DNA from: Dipteris shenzhenensis
Taxonomy: Eukaryota
Assembly (NCBI GenBank): GCA_047967505.1
Contig: CM106538.1
DNA: 64,000 nucleotides
Direction: 5' to 3' (one strand)
Part shown: positions 25,601 to 36,192 of the stretch, piece after piece
Layout of the letters: each line of letters begins with the position of its first letter
How positions within the stretch are numbered: the stretch's first letter is position 1
The notes under the pieces: generated by a model
The model's input: only the letters and a program-made list of their open reading frames with translations
Told to the model about the DNA's origin: nothing
The model's database searches: none
Translations under genes and position numbers: made by a program

Positions 25601-28188
25601 GAGTCCACTCTCTGGCCAACCGAGGCCAACTGATTTCTCACCACCTTCATCCTAGTGAGATGGTCATGGACCGTATCTCCTTCATCTATGCTCATATTGA
25701 ACAACTAATGATTCAGAGCTATAATTTGGGACATCTTGTCCGTGTCGTATAAATCCTTTAGAGTGGCCCACACCTCGACCGACGTGTCCACCATCTTGAT
25801 GTGAGCAATCACTGAATCTGCCGTCGTCCGTATGATCAGCGCTAGGGCCTGGGCATCCTTGTCATCCCATGCTTCGAGGTCATCTGGATCTATAGCAAGG
25901 ACCACATTACCCACCGCATCCTTGACGCCTGTGGGCATTGGATCTGTTCCTGTCGTGATCTTCCACAGGTCACTGGAGCTACGAGGGAAAGTGATTTTGG
26001 GTGGTGCTACTGATCATGAGGTTCATGGTATGCAATCAATTGACATTCGGTCCACTTGTGGCATGCGAGGCCGTAGGCCTACATCTCTTCTTGAGGAGCA
26101 TCAAGTTGCTATGCCTTTTCATGCTAATGATCCTATGGACGAAGAAAAATTCATTGGGATGCCCAGCCAACACTCTATACCATCTCCCTTCATGCTTTGA
26201 TGGGTGCCAAAAGTGTTGAAACTATTAGATTGAAAGGGATGATTGATGGCAGGACTGTTCACATGTTGGTGGACAGCGGTAGCACTCACAGTTTTATTAA
26301 TTTCAAAACCCTACGGAAGGTGGGACTGATTGCTACTGAAATAGATCATGGGCTGAGAGTAGAGGTGGCAAATGAACAACATATGATCAGCAGATATAGT
26401 TGCCAGGATGCAAGAATCAAGTTCTCTTATGATTATGAATTCGGAGCAGGTGATCTCTCGGCATTGGATGTGGGCCCAATAGATGCTGTCTTGGACTGTG
26501 ATTGGTTGAAATCATTGGGCTTAAATGCTTTGTCCACAGGACTAGATCTGTAACTTTGCATGGTCTTGCAACCCCTAAAGTACAGGTCATTTCAGCAAGG
26601 CAGCTAGCCAGGGAGTGTGCCATCAATGCGCTGAATGTGTCAGTATCTCACGAGGGCAGCACTCCCCGTGTTGAGGATTCTGATATGCAGAAATTGCTCT
26701 CAGAATTTGCAGATGTGTTTGTGCTGATAAGCCTTGTCATCTATCCTGGGGATCGGAACCTATTCTTGATAGCGGTCTTACGTAGTCAATGCACATGCGA
26801 TATGAACCGTCTTTCTTCTTTACCAGGAGTACTCGGGATGCAAAAGGAGAAGTGCTATGAGAGAGAAAATTATTCTCAAGCAATTCTTGCACCTGTGTTG
26901 CCACTTCTTCCCGTTCTACCTTAGAGAGGCGGTACGGGGCCTTATTAATTGGCTTATGGCTAGGCTCCAGAACTTTGGCATGATCAACATCTCTGCTTGT
27001 GGTATTTTTTTTATGACATCCTCATTTACAGCAAGGATAAGTAGTGAACTTTCATGGCAAAAGAGGTTGAGTACCTTGGTCATATTGTGAGCAGGGATGG
27101 AATTCGGGTGGATCCAACCAAGGTCAAATGTATAAGGACCAACTCAGAGGCTTTTTGGGTCTTGCTTCTTTTTACAGGAGATTTATTGAACATTTTGCCA
27201 AGAGGGCAGCCCCTCTCACTAACTTGTTGAAAAAGGATGCTTTCAAGTGGTCAGAAGGAGCACAACTCAGTTTTGACGACCTCAAAGATGCCTTCAGTAA
27301 TGCACCTATACAATCCTTCATTGTAGAGACAGATGCAAGTGGCAAACGCCTAGGGGTTATTCTAAGACAAGAGCACGGAGTTATAGCTTTCGAGAGCATA
27401 AAATTTGAGGCCAAGGAATTGAACTATCATGTTTAGGAAATGTTGGCTATGCTACATGCTTTCGAGAAATGGCACCACTACCTGTATGGTGGCAAGATTA
27501 AGGTTAAGAAGGATCGTAGGACACTCAAGTACTTTCTTACACAACGCAATTTGTCCATGAAGCAGAAGAGGTAGTTGTTGCAATTCAGTCCTATGATTTC
27601 AACATTGAGTACAGGAAGGGAGAAAAAAATGTGGTTGCCAATGCTAGAACCGAACTGGAGGGGAATAAAACAACTATGGCTTCACGTCAACGACGGAATT
27701 AAACTGTCCACAGCTCTCCCTCACTCCCTCTCTCTGATCATACATTAGGGCCCAGGACAAATTTGTCGGGCTGGACCCCCCGGAAGGTCTTTATTACTTT
27801 CAGAAAAACTGTTACAAAAGTTTAGCATGAAGCTGTCTCGTAAGTCTCTCATACCAATACGTGAAAAGAATTCTCTTTTTTACAAGGGCTTCAAGCCCCA
27901 TTCAAATTGGCAACATGCCACTTGTCTAAAATCTAGACTAAATCCTATTACAAGCCTCTAAGGGCCATTCTGGAGTCTTCAAAGCTCTCGGTCACACGAA
28001 CCGCTTCCTGGATGCTTGTCAGGCTCCCATTTCGCTTAGGAAAAATAATCCTTCCTAGTACCTGCAACAATTAATTAAAGCGCACCACCATGGTACCCAT
28101 TAATTGTTAGCGCTTTGCATGCAAATAACACACTGTGGACTAATCCTAGTCACGGTGGGCGTCCCCACTGAACACATGTGCACATCTA

Positions 28189-28227
<39 letters not shown>

Positions 28228-31200
28228 TCTGGTTGACCGGAGTCAACACTCTTGATTATAATTAAAGAGCTTCGACCCAAGGTCAAGGCACCTTAATTAT
28301 AGCCAAGTCTCTCCAACCGGAGTTGGCACATCTTGGTTAACCGGGGTTAACCCTCTTGGCGCATACCAAGTCTTGTTGACCGAAGTCAACACTCTCTGAC
28401 CGTAGTCAGGTTTACTTGACTAGAGTCAAGTATCTTTGACCGTAGTCAATCCTTTGACCATTTAAATAACTCTTTAATTATGATCAAATAAATGGTCAAC
28501 TGTATTTTGACTTAGGATATTTACATTGTGGTGACAAATGCCATGTCTAGAATGAAAGGCTTGTAGTTTATCTACCATTTCCACCATCTATTAGGAGTGG
28601 ATTCATGGGATCCAGGAAGAATATATGCAGAATTCAAAGGAAGCTCCCATACTTCTAGAGTTACGAGAGCCTTCAAGCCACGGGCATGCTGAATTTAAGC
28701 TGCATAATGGGCTGTTATACTGCAAGGACAGAATTTATCTTGTGCTGGACTCCAAGTATAGACTGCTGGTTTTGCACGAAATGCACTCATCTCCTATGGA
28801 AGGACATGTGGGTATCACTTAAGACATATGAAAAGATCAAACAAAGCTTCATCTGGGATGGCACGTGGCGGGATGTGGTTAAATATGTCACTGAATGCTT
28901 GCCTTGCCAACAGAATAAGGTGGACAGCCATCTATCCACATGTCTTTTTACAGCCATTACCTATTCCAGGAGGCAAATGGGCTATGGATTTCATCACAGG
29001 ATTGCCTTCTACAGAGAGGGGATGGGATAGCATTTATGTTGTGGTGGATAGAATGACAAAACAGGCTCACTTCATACCCACTAAGACCCAGTATTCAGCA
29101 TCACAAGTTGCTTGGCAATTTATTGAGCATGTTTTTAAGCATCATGGCTTTCCTAAGTAAATTGTCAGTGATTGAGATGCAAAATTTATGGGTCACGTTT
29201 GGCAAGAGTTATTCACAGCAGTGGGTACTCTCCTCACACCCATCATTGCTTACCACCCTGAGACGGATGGACAGTCAGAAAGGGTGAACAGATGGGTGGA
29301 GGACTTGAGGCACTTTTGTCATGATACACAGAAGTCTTGGGATGATGAGAGGTTGGCTCTTGCTGAATTTTGTTACAACAGTACCAAACACCTTTCTATT
29401 GGCATGAGCCCTTTTAAAGCAATGTATGGATGCAAGGTTGGGATGCTGCCTTTTATTTCAGACATGCCTGTGAAAAATCAGCAAGCAAGGAGTGACTTGG
29501 AAAGAATGGATGCCCTTCTGCAATTGGCTAAGAAGAATATGCAAGATGCCCAAGCCAAGCAGAAGAAGTATGCAGATGAACGCAGCAGGTATCTGTCTCT
29601 TGAAGAAGGAGATTATGCGCATTTATGCCTCCATAAGAACAATTATGCCTCACTGAAAGGTAACACCAACACGAAGCTTGCTCACATGTATTATGGTCTC
29701 GACGCAAAGTTGGAGAGGTGGCATATGCGTTGGAGCTCCCCAGTACCTCCAAGATTCATAATGTTTTCCATGTGTCCTTACTGAAGCCGCATGTAGGACA
29801 GCATGTCCAAGTTCTTCCTGAGCTACCACCTATGGATGCAGAGGGTCACATCCTCTATGTCCTAGAGCGCATCATGGGTTTCAAAGACCATGTACTCCAA
29901 AACAAGGTCTACATAGAGTATCGTATCAAGTGGCGGGGACTCCCTAAGGATGAGAATTCATGGCAGCCAGAAAGCATTGTCTAGAACCACCCCTATCTCC
30001 TACCGGGTTGATTAGTAGTTGCTGTTGCTGCACTTTTTGGACAGCTAGGATGTAACATTTTGAGGGCAAAATTCTATGGGAAGGGATGGCTGTAATGAAG
30101 GGGGCAAAGGGCTAATTTAGAGGCCCTTTAGAGGCCTTTAAGGTGGGAAATGTGGAGCGACTACATAAGTCCCCATCCACCCCTCATTGTACACTTTTCG
30201 ATGTGACATCTAATCTTATCTCCCACCTCCTCCTTCCTACCTGCTGCCTTCACTCTCTCTCAATCTCTCTCTATCTTTCTCTTCCCCTCACCCTTTTCTC
30301 TCTCTTCCTCTCCCTCTACCCCTTTCCTGTTGGAATACTGAAAAGAAAGAGTAGAGTGGACACAAACTCAGAATACTTGCTTATAGAATGAAGAAGAAAG
30401 AGGTCCTTAAGTAGGCACCTCATACAAGGTCACTGACATCACTGATGACCTCAAAGCTCCACAATCATCTCCTCAATCTGCTCCTAGATTCACTCAATCA
30501 TCCTATGTGGCTTTTCCACCACCTAACTGTGGTTGTGGGCACCTAACTGTGCCTCTAGCACTCACACATAGAAACATAAGGTGTGCCTGAGGCATACACC
30601 TTGAGATATCCCAACAAACCCCCCCTCAAGGAAATGCCTCAGGCTATGTCAAGGATACATCTAGTCTCATAGTTTCTCATGCCATCTCATGGTGGTCAAG
30701 GATAAATCTATGGCTAGGTTCTCATGCTAGCAAGGGTTCCCTTGGGTGTAAGGTAAACAGAAAGGGATACAAACAGACCTTCCAATGGTTATCTCTCCTA
30801 CATGTACATGCACACAATGTCTGTAGGAGGTACCATGGAACAAACCATACACATGGCCTACATCATAAGGTGACCAGAGGTGTTTACAAAACACACAACA
30901 CACAATAGTTTATTTTCATTCATTTTGGAGGACTATCCAGGCTGAGTACCTTGACATAAAAAGAGTGATTTGGAGCATACATAGAGATGAGTTTAAAATG
31001 CATAATCTTCATGGGATGCCTCATCTTGTGGAGGCAAAATATCCATGTCAAGGCAAGGTCTTACCACATGGGCAGTGTCTAGTGCCTTATAAGATGGTAC
31101 TATGATAGAACAAGTGGATTTGAAAGTCATATCCTTCAAGAGAACAATTATCTTGTCATCTCCATAGTTGTGTAGAGAAGCATATCTTAGGTGTCTGACC

Positions 31201-34099
31201 TTCATCTTTTTCTTGTACTTGGAGTCAAATAAAAGTGCCATGAGAGGGTAGATCTCTGTAGTTGCTTCCTTTTTGGCAACCATTGTTTTGGCAATCTTCA
31301 ATAAGGAAGTCAGGTTGGCATTTTCATCCTTTGTAGCATAACAAGACATTGCTTTATGTTTTGGCTTTTCACATATTTTGCATAAGCAAGCCATGAGAGG
31401 CTCTAACCCAAGTATTGGGTAGTGTCTTCTCTCTTACAGGGCTTAGAATAACAACTGAAATGCTTCAAAATATAAGCATTTAATGTAGCAAATAGTATTG
31501 ACTAGATTTCAAACAATGATGCTTCCTTTTACATGCTTCATAGAAGTGAGTGAAATAAGCACTTTCCAATCAAAACCAGGTCTAGCAAGTCAAAAACAAA
31601 CTGAATCCACACTTGTGCTGAAGTTATTGAAAGCTTCAAAAAACCAGAAATGCTAGAGTAGCATTTTATGTAGCATCATCTTCAAAAACTTGTCCAAAAC
31701 TGTCAAAACTGAAAAGCTGAACTTGGAGGGCTTGTAGCTCACTCTTCAAAGCAAGGAAAAGAGGGCTTTCTGAAGCAAAAGAAAGCTCATATACCAGAGA
31801 AGGTCCAGCACAGAGGTTGGACGAAATGGTGCGCACTTTTGCCCGGGAGAGTTGCTACAGGCTGAAACTGAGTTTTGACGATTTCTCCCTCGTTACTGAA
31901 CCAAATGACCTGAAAAATGGCTCAAAATCTTCGTCTTGAGGTCGCCCATCTACTCCTAAGAGGGCTCAGGCAATGGCGGAGTATGCAGGGAGTATTGAGC
32001 AACAGAAGAAATTCGCTGTTTAGAGAATGGCAGCCACCACAGACGTTTTTTCTTCAATTACTTGCAGGTGGAAGTTCGCCCATACTAGAGGAGTTTCCAG
32101 CTCAGAGGGTTTGGGCAATGGCTGTTTGTAGATGGAGAACCAAGCTCTCAAAGATTTTGGGAAGAAAGAGGAAAATGGAGAAGAAGAAGATGAAGAAGAA
32201 GATGATGATGTGGCAGAAATGGGCTCAAGGGGGATCAAATGGCTCTGATACCATGTTGGAATACTGAAAAGAAAGAGTAGAGTGGACACAAACTCAGAAT
32301 ACTTGCTTATAGAATGAAGAAGAAAGAGGTCCTTAAGTAGGCACCTCATACAAGGTCACTGACATCACTGATGACCTCAAAGCTCCACAATCATCTCCTC
32401 AATCTGCTCCTAGATTCACTCAATCATCCTATGTGGCTTTTCCACCACCTAACTGTGCTTGTGGGCACCTAACTGTGCCTCTAGCACTCACACATAGAAA
32501 CATAAGGTGTGCCTGAGGCATACACCTTGAGATATCCCAACATTTCCCTCCTCCCTCTCCCCTACCCTCTTCCCCTTTTCTGCCATCTTTGGCCCCTTTC
32601 ACCAAATCTGTCCCTTGCCCTTCATTGCAAAATAGACAATGAATATAGAACCAACAAATATATTTCTGCCCGAAATGACACAATACAAAAGGAGTCCAGT
32701 CTCCCACCAAATCGTGGTCCTCTGTCCTTACCAAAAGGATGCTGTCCTACTACCTCCATGGCAATTCTAGATCCCTAAGTCTATGTGCTCCTTGTCGAGC
32801 TTCTCTCGGCTTTGTCACCATGCCTTGATCCCTGCTCCTTGCTGCCCTGGAAGACAGCCAAGGGTGCAGCTCCTTCCTAAGCTATGTCTATAGCTCTTCA
32901 GCCCCACTGGATCCCCTGGATGGTGGCCCAGATATATGCTGCTCTGCTGCTCCAATGTGCTGCTGGATTGCTGCCTCCAAGGGGCCCCTTTTACAGGGTC
33001 TGGAAGCCGCCCAAAATGGGCCGACTGGACCTGGCCTGTAAAACGACCTATGCTTGGGTCTGTGGGGAACCTTTTTGGGTCTGTGTGCTGGCCAACCTGG
33101 TTGGTTGGGCCGACCTGGTTGGTTGGCCAACCAGCCACTCTGTCCCCTCCTGGCCAATCTGATCTAGGGCCTCTGCAGCACCCTGATCTGCTCCATACAG
33201 CCTGCCACCTTTATGCCTTCTGTCCTGGTACCTACTCCAACCTATAGACACCTGTCCTAGGCCTGTACCACAAGCTTTCCTAGTCCGTACTGTTGCTGCA
33301 GTCCTCCAAACAGCCACATTGCAGTTTGGTACTGTCCTAGGCCTCAATAGGGACCCCACCTTGCCAAGTAGGACCTGAGGTGTGCTGCCCACATGGCAGC
33401 CTATGTGCTGCCCATGTGGCAGCCCCTTCTTCTTGGTTTTCCTGTGAGTTTGCCACCCACATGGCAGCCAATATGCTGCTCATGTGTTTTCGAGAGTTAG
33501 ACAGCATAGACTGCACAAACATTTTTTGAGATCTGTTGCCTACTTCCTGGAAGAAATGACAGACAAGTGAGGTGATTTATAATACCTCCTTACCTATATG
33601 CAGGAATCTCATATACATGTGATTAACGTCCAGGGTGATCTCACCAAGGGACCTAAGCCTAGAACAATGTCTATTGGCCCCATGCCCACAGCAACTAGAT
33701 CGCCCTGGAAAGAATAATCTGAGTATAGCTGAATCCGCCTGACAATAGTACTTACTCAGAAATGCTCCCCATTAGCCACTTGAACTTGTAAGCATTCACT
33801 CTTGACACAGCCCATCGGATATAGAGATCGAGGAGACCATGTCCCCCACCACAACGAGAGACAGCTCGACAGACGCAGATCCGGGACATCTTTGCAGTCC
33901 ACTGGAGAGCCACCATGGCACCAGGTTTCAAATTCTGAGTTTTCAGTTTTCAGCTTTGAGTTTTGAGTTTGGGCTATTGAGCTCTTTAGCTTATAGTACC
34001 CAGCGAACTAAGGCTTGTAAGAGTTTCTTGATTTGATGTACTTTGTCCCATAGGCCCGTGAGGCCTTCCGAGGAAGTTAATATATCTTTTTCTTTCTTG

Positions 34100-34143
<44 letters not shown>

Positions 34144-34797
34144 TATTCTGTCCCCCTTCTCTAAATCTGCCCATCCCCTTTTTCTACATTTTCCTTTCCT
34201 TTTGCTGTCGTTGGTTAATGCAAGAAGCAGTTGACCGGCAGCCAGAAAGGCCTTAACCAAATGACAATTCAAATAGACCTTTAAAATCAATCTGCAAATG
34301 AAAAGTTTGAAACGCAGGGCAAACTGTATGCCAGCACAAGACTCAAAGGTTTTGAAGTGTTTATTACAAGAGGAACAGACGGGGCTGTCTTTTTGGCTCT
34401 ACGTAAACAAAATAAAAAAGTTTAACTCTTAAGGAAGAACAAGATACGCTTTCGTCAGCTTCTTAATGTGTGCACTACAAGTTCGCTACATTTAGCTGTT
34501 CCAATGAAGACGCTGCGGCCTTTACCTCAATGGATAAGGTGGCCGACGATGTCGCACCTATGTCGTAACCGTACAAGAGTCCTCCCAAGGCTGGAAAGAG
34601 GAACCTGAATGATTCCAATGGTGCACCTGGAGTTCAGTTTGACTTCTGAACCGGACGTAGCTTCAAATAGGAAGATGGCAAAGACAATTTACATACGGTA
34701 AAACGACGGATGTCCATCTGTAACTCCGGAAGGTTAGTTTTTCTTGTTCCTCCTCTGACTCGATAAGAGGAATATAACGAGAAGACTCCAGCTTCAT
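1528..34797 (-). CDS. Vacuolar glucose transporter / D-xylose-proton symporter-like MFS sugar transporter (VGT1/2-like), 5' part. Exons join(34797-34697, 34604-34526, 2090-2031, 1866-1800, 1652-1528); 3' exons lie beyond the window start.
   Basis: Manual splice at GT/AG gives an open frame: [144 protein letters not shown]. It carries the sugar-porter motifs GGLLxGYDxG and DxxGRR and the VGT-type WYDLSS. Confidence 0.92.
1800..1866 (-). CDS. VGT-like coding exon 4
   Basis: TTTTGCAG| ... |GTTTTC; encodes [22 protein letters not shown](G). Confidence 0.92.
2031..2090 (-). CDS. VGT-like coding exon 3
   Basis: ATGCAG| ... |GTAAGT; encodes [20 protein letters not shown], phase 0 matching exon 2. 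Confidence 0.92.
2345..3445 (+). mobile_element. Degraded non-LTR retrotransposon (LINE, RTE-like) RT fragment ending in a (GAT)n tail
   Basis: [21 protein letters not shown] (~2779-2845), [30 protein letters not shown]; (GAT)n at ~3403-3443. Confidence 0.7.
5250..5470 (+). mobile_element. Ty3/gypsy RT fragment
   Basis: [33 protein letters not shown]. Confidence 0.7.
6247..7290 (+). mobile_element. Putative solo LTR
   Basis: TGTAA...TTACA ends, CTATAAATAG TATA-like motif at ~6543 followed by a CT-rich R/U5-like region; no clean TSD. Confidence 0.45.
7440..7790 (-). mobile_element. Gypsy integrase remnant, related to element D
   Basis: [10 protein letters not shown] and [13 protein letters not shown] match D's [10 protein letters not shown] and [12 protein letters not shown]. 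Confidence 0.65.
8840..8851 (+). promoter_or_regulatory. Primer-binding site (tRNA-iMet) of element A
   Basis: TGGTATCAGAGC immediately after the LTR-terminal CA. Confidence 0.9.
9408..13083 (-). pseudogene. Element B gag-pol, frameshifted and partly deleted
   Basis: UBN2-type gag ([22 protein letters not shown]), PR WYFDSGA, GAG-pre-integrase [53 protein letters not shown]...ADIFTKAL. Confidence 0.92.
13172..13340. repeat. 79-bp tandem direct repeat (2 copies) in the element B leader, each with the hairpin GTGACAA-ATA-TTGTCAC
   Basis: AAAATCTGCCCTCAGTGACAAATATTGTCAC... at 13172 and 13251. Confidence 0.85.
13670..14120. repeat. Dense GTAC / TGTACGG motif array in the element B 5' leader
   Basis: About 26 GTAC tetramers counted in ~445 bp. 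Confidence 0.85.
17339..19750 (-). CDS. Element C polyprotein, C-terminal part: RT (FFDD), RNase H, integrase, chromodomain
   Basis: 803-aa ORF; CDAC...YEKEMLA...TDH; HHCC zinc finger; [30 protein letters not shown]; chromodomain [15 protein letters not shown]. Separated from the upstream ORF by one extra A (A4 run at 19755-19758). Confidence 0.93.
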   Translation of the reverse strand: MGTFFDDIIVFSKNEQEHRKHLTIVFQELKRHKLLINTKKSEFFMHEIHFLGHIVSKDGVKMDPAKVEAIRSWPILKNLHEVRSFLGLCSYYRRFIKYFAEIASPLHALQKKAVPFRWGPKENAAFEELKQKLCSEPVIILPDLAKPFAVTCDACGNSIGGTLMQDGRVVAYESRVLKDAELYLQTYEKEMLAVIHALTTWKHYLLGADFYVQTDHQSLRYFLTQRKLSEKHMRWANFLSMFHFQIVHVPGNKNVVADALSRKPQPEAVSKKPSVSAVSIAYNNVLDVMKDQYVNDADFSTIYDQLSDGQRHDHYMLKEGFILMHGRLCVTDQMRQKVIMESHAPPYAGHRGITATITAVEQYFYWPSLRKDVEDYVRTCMVCQKVKFDRQKAPGLLHPLPIPDRPWQSIAMDFVFDLPRTPTGHDGLWTIICRFSKQAHFVPVRKKITADQMARLFLQHVFKYHGMPESIISDRDPRMTSLFWRGLFENMGTTLNFSSSFHPQSDGQSEQENSTILDMFKCYVSDHKSKWEHYLPLLEYAYNNTVHTSTGKAPFEIVEGARKIPPILHTKEKIFEADRFVESLEEAYKKIKYALQRSQDKQKRAADKHRRELVFTEGDWVLLRFQKARLKNKKGKERLYTKLNMRYYGPFQVSEKINEVAYRLKLPPHWKIHNAFHVSLLKQYHGDIPEDVPDEVQPEVEEQDELLVPEQILAHRDRKLKGKVIRRYLVKFQNYPSLDAKWMEEGELADSPGILQLYLDAFQLEPTAVRAPTGSSAERASGALPDVREGGSTSTPSVQTGSP
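19734..22541 (-). CDS. Element C polyprotein, N-terminal part: long extension, gag capsid, CCHC knuckle, aspartic protease, N-terminal RT
   Basis: 935-aa [58 protein letters not shown]. Confidence 0.93.
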   Translation of the reverse strand: MNMVSTHEQESSTTPQRRRQESLNDPASVQLQEAQQMPFEQATHEATTELNGDTSSSSESDDATMLNAQLASAVTALTQLAQNLAQIVQTNAKKKKKPRKHKHGKSEYTHASVSHEGQPSKMTQKVTSKREESPKRALEKEVQKVHPVQQYEQPAQGLGLGISTPQNNNVQSINVAQPPQPYLRQQPEYFGTDSIFDAMLISPPIGHRKQAMYDNVGMQPGMQATAYAPMPNVQPSMALPSQGNAANIQPSLGQPISNVYKEFKDGGSHVKFDTYNGVQDRYKALTFLQQFDAAFLGGLFTEASKMRKVATFLKGNALKWYTNLMLHGDAPATWLEFKQVFSSTWLTPTFEVEVLSHWHDLSYKLCKNLDDYTQRFWDVLLPLSSYRHVSLKEQIERYCCGLPSELRDYCIKTKVGSMTQLIENARTAYAWMQEKNLGFMDSKKEDNKRAAKHQDKDIKSENKNYGKRPFQKGGKAQFKAGQRRGQPNKQPRTKLSDEEKKSLMEQNKCFICKEEGHRSYDCPFKKRDRSDDDKNGDKQADRKGKKPKPSAGLLPDVIGSLPHAHDEEEMKKTEMCRAWGKIRNQNCLFFFDSGAKANFITPDMAGRLGIEPEEMGPSGMCDMANPELNTPVTPIIGKLRMHIQGYQDAEDFYIMPLPECDALLGMPWMYRVGADVQMRNKKISLTHRGKNHVLDVKLKGESIPVVSASCISNVIKRHISAYLIFVKEDSQPVQEGSTLSALDRERAAFISDFQDCFSDALPQELPPKRPEDHQIDIIPGSSPPNIPPYRVSKAQQEEIMSQVKELLEKELIQPSNSPYCSPVLLVQKKDGSWRMCIDYRALNKVTIKNRFPIPRIDDILDRLEGSSMFSRIDLKSGYHQIRIRPEDVYKTAFRTSFGLYEFLVMPFGLTNAPATFNRMMDRIFRAHRKVCGHFL
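22630..22647 (-). promoter_or_regulatory. Primer-binding site complementary to the 3' end of tRNA-Glu
   Basis: TGGTTCCGTTGCCGGGAC, 1 nt from the 5' LTR; its complement GTCCCGGCAACGGAACCA matches my recollection of the plant cytosolic tRNA-Glu 3' end. Confidence 0.8.
24960..25985 (-). pseudogene. Copia gag fragment (element F, relative of A)
   Basis: [42 protein letters not shown] resembles A's [39 protein letters not shown]; degenerate knuckle [14 protein letters not shown]. Confidence 0.85.
27642..28525 (-). mobile_element. Solo-LTR-like insertion in D containing a mini-hairpin array
   Basis: TG...CA ends, interrupts the [19 protein letters not shown] linker, (TA)n at ~28195-28224; no TSD. 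Confidence 0.6.
30328..32542 (-). mobile_element. Element E: young 2.2-kb non-autonomous LTR retrotransposon (TRIM / TR-GAG-like)
   Basis: TSD TTTCC; 289-bp LTRs 30328-30616 and 32254-32542 with one difference seen; PBS TGGTATCAGAGC 32253-32242; PPT TTGAGGGGGGG; no pol. Confidence 0.93.
30993..31394 (-). CDS. Small ORF inside E with an N-terminal CCHC zinc knuckle
   Basis: 133 aa; [14 protein letters not shown] fits CX2CX4HX4C. Confidence 0.5.
   Translation of the reverse strand: MACLCKICEKPKHKAMSCYATKDENANLTSLLKIAKTMVAKKEATTEIYPLMALLFDSKYKKKMKVRHLRYASLHNYGDDKIIVLLKDMTFKSTCSIIVPSYKALDTAHVVRPCLDMDILPPQDEASHEDYAF
32630..33521 (-). mobile_element. Truncated LTR related to the element A LTR (probable 5' LTR of F)
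   Basis: Reverse complement of 32630-32740 resembles A LTR U5 (GGACCAC...TTGGTGGGA...TTTTGTATTGTGTC...TTCATTGTCTATT); CCAACC repeats as in A. Confidence 0.7.
34104..34141. repeat. (CT)n microsatellite
   Basis: Direct inspection. Confidence 0.9.
34526..34604 (-). CDS. VGT-like coding exon 2
   Basis: ATTCAG| ... |GTAAAG; encodes [26 protein letters not shown]. Confidence 0.93.
34697..34797 (-). CDS. VGT-like coding exon 1
   Basis: ATG at 34797; donor GTATGT at 34696. An upstream TTTTACAG acceptor (AG at 34809-34808) suggests a further upstream exon, either UTR or coding. Confidence 0.8.
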
Positions 34798-36156
34798 TGT
34801 TTTCGGCCTGTAAAATCCAAATCCAGATTGCTGGTTACATCAGTTTAGATACCTGTATTATCAGAACACTAAGAATCGGTAATTCGGCGCCACATCTTAA
34901 GAGGAGGAAACGTTAGGAACTTTTAAAGGACGCAGCGATACGAGATGCGATGTTTTTGAGATGATCCGCAAGGCAGGATCGGTCAAACGGTGAACTCAAG
35001 AGGAGGAGAAGGACGCGCACACGCCAAAGGGGACGCGACTCGAATCCAGCAACGGAAACCGCGAGCAAAACGAATTACGGTGGCTTAGAAAAGGAAGCGA
35101 AGCGAAGCAATGTTTTGTGCATCAACGCTGTGATGATCATCTACAAGCTCTCCGCGAAGCAGCAGGTCGCCAGGATGATAATGGCCAGTACACAAGCGTT
35201 TTCTGCAGAGAGGGGAAAGTGGGGGAAGGAAGGCAGAAAGAGCTCTAAAAACTGAGGTCTAAAGTGACGAGTGCGTGATGATCCTGAGAAGCTGGCGGTG
35301 CCAGAGCTAGCGAGAAGCATATGCGCTTGTAATCGCTAGAAAACGAGAGAGACCATGAATGAGTTTGGTGATTGAACTTTTTAAAATATGGGCGTTAAGA
35401 ATGCTGTCACGAGTATAAGTACTCGTGAGCATTGCTTTCAATTGGTTCTGTCCAAGGAAAACAATTGTAGAATTATTATTTGCAACACCTGTCATGGAAG
35501 TCCAAACCCATGAATAGGAAAGTTCTATTGATTTGCAAACTTCATGAGAGAGAGAAAGAACCAAAATAGTAACAAAAATGGTTTTTTAAGAAAAGTGAAA
35601 CGAGTGCTAGTATCAGTCCCCACCATTTCAAGTCCCTCCTCATTCTCGTGTGCACAATGTGCATGTTTGTCTCCCAAGTCTTCTCTTTTGCAGTCTCGTG
35701 TCTTGCCTTTGTGTGTGTTTGTCTCCAATCAGCCTACACATAATACACCTCGTGTCCCTTGTCACTATCTTCTTGAGAATTCTTTTTCCTCCTCTAAGCC
35801 CCGGTCTACAAAGTCAAGTTTTCATACTTCTTCCTCTTAACGTCATGAGACAAGAATTCATTTTTCTCCTCACGCTCCCGATCTACAAAGTCAGTTGTCC
35901 TACTTCTTCCTCTTAACGTCTAGGTCCCATGAAGGCAATTATTTCCCTCAACAAAACTCTCAGAGAACCTAGCTATCCCACCTCCCAACAAAAATAAAAG
36001 CTGACACCACAAAAGATTTCAAAACAAGAACAAGGTGGCCATCCCTACTCTCCATTAAATTATTGATCCTACATCCATTTTAGACATAAAGTAACAAAAA
36101 TTTTATTACTTTTTTCATGCATATTTATGCTCTTGTGTACAAGTGTTGAGTTGTTA

Positions 36157-36158
<2 letters not shown>

Positions 36159-36192
<34 letters not shown>

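Larger units (their letters stand above)
25986..32629 (+). mobile_element. Element D: 5'-truncated, decayed Ty3/gypsy chromovirus; 3' LTR 30091-32629 interrupted by E
   Basis: [33 protein letters not shown] and [17 protein letters not shown] and [13 protein letters not shown], chromodomain [44 protein letters not shown]...CTTCATTGCA. Confidence 0.85.

Noticed and set aside
28232-28500. CRISPR-like repeat array
   Set aside because: Period is ~20 bp with no constant repeat plus unique spacers and no cas genes, in a plant LTR context
30425-30585. CTGATGA in the element E LTR suggested a hammerhead ribozyme (retrozyme)
   Set aside because: No stem II followed by GAAA nearby (the next GAAAC is ~130 nt away), and the motif is antisense to the element
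34473-34482. CACTACAAG resembling a CACTA terminus
   Set aside because: No matching inverted end or subterminal repeats found; it lies 50 bp inside a normal intron end
34810-35200. Upstream transit-peptide exon, which would make the gene the plastid pSuT type
   Set aside because: No convincing ATG-initiated in-frame exon with a donor was identified; the N-terminus and WYDLSS motif fit the vacuolar type
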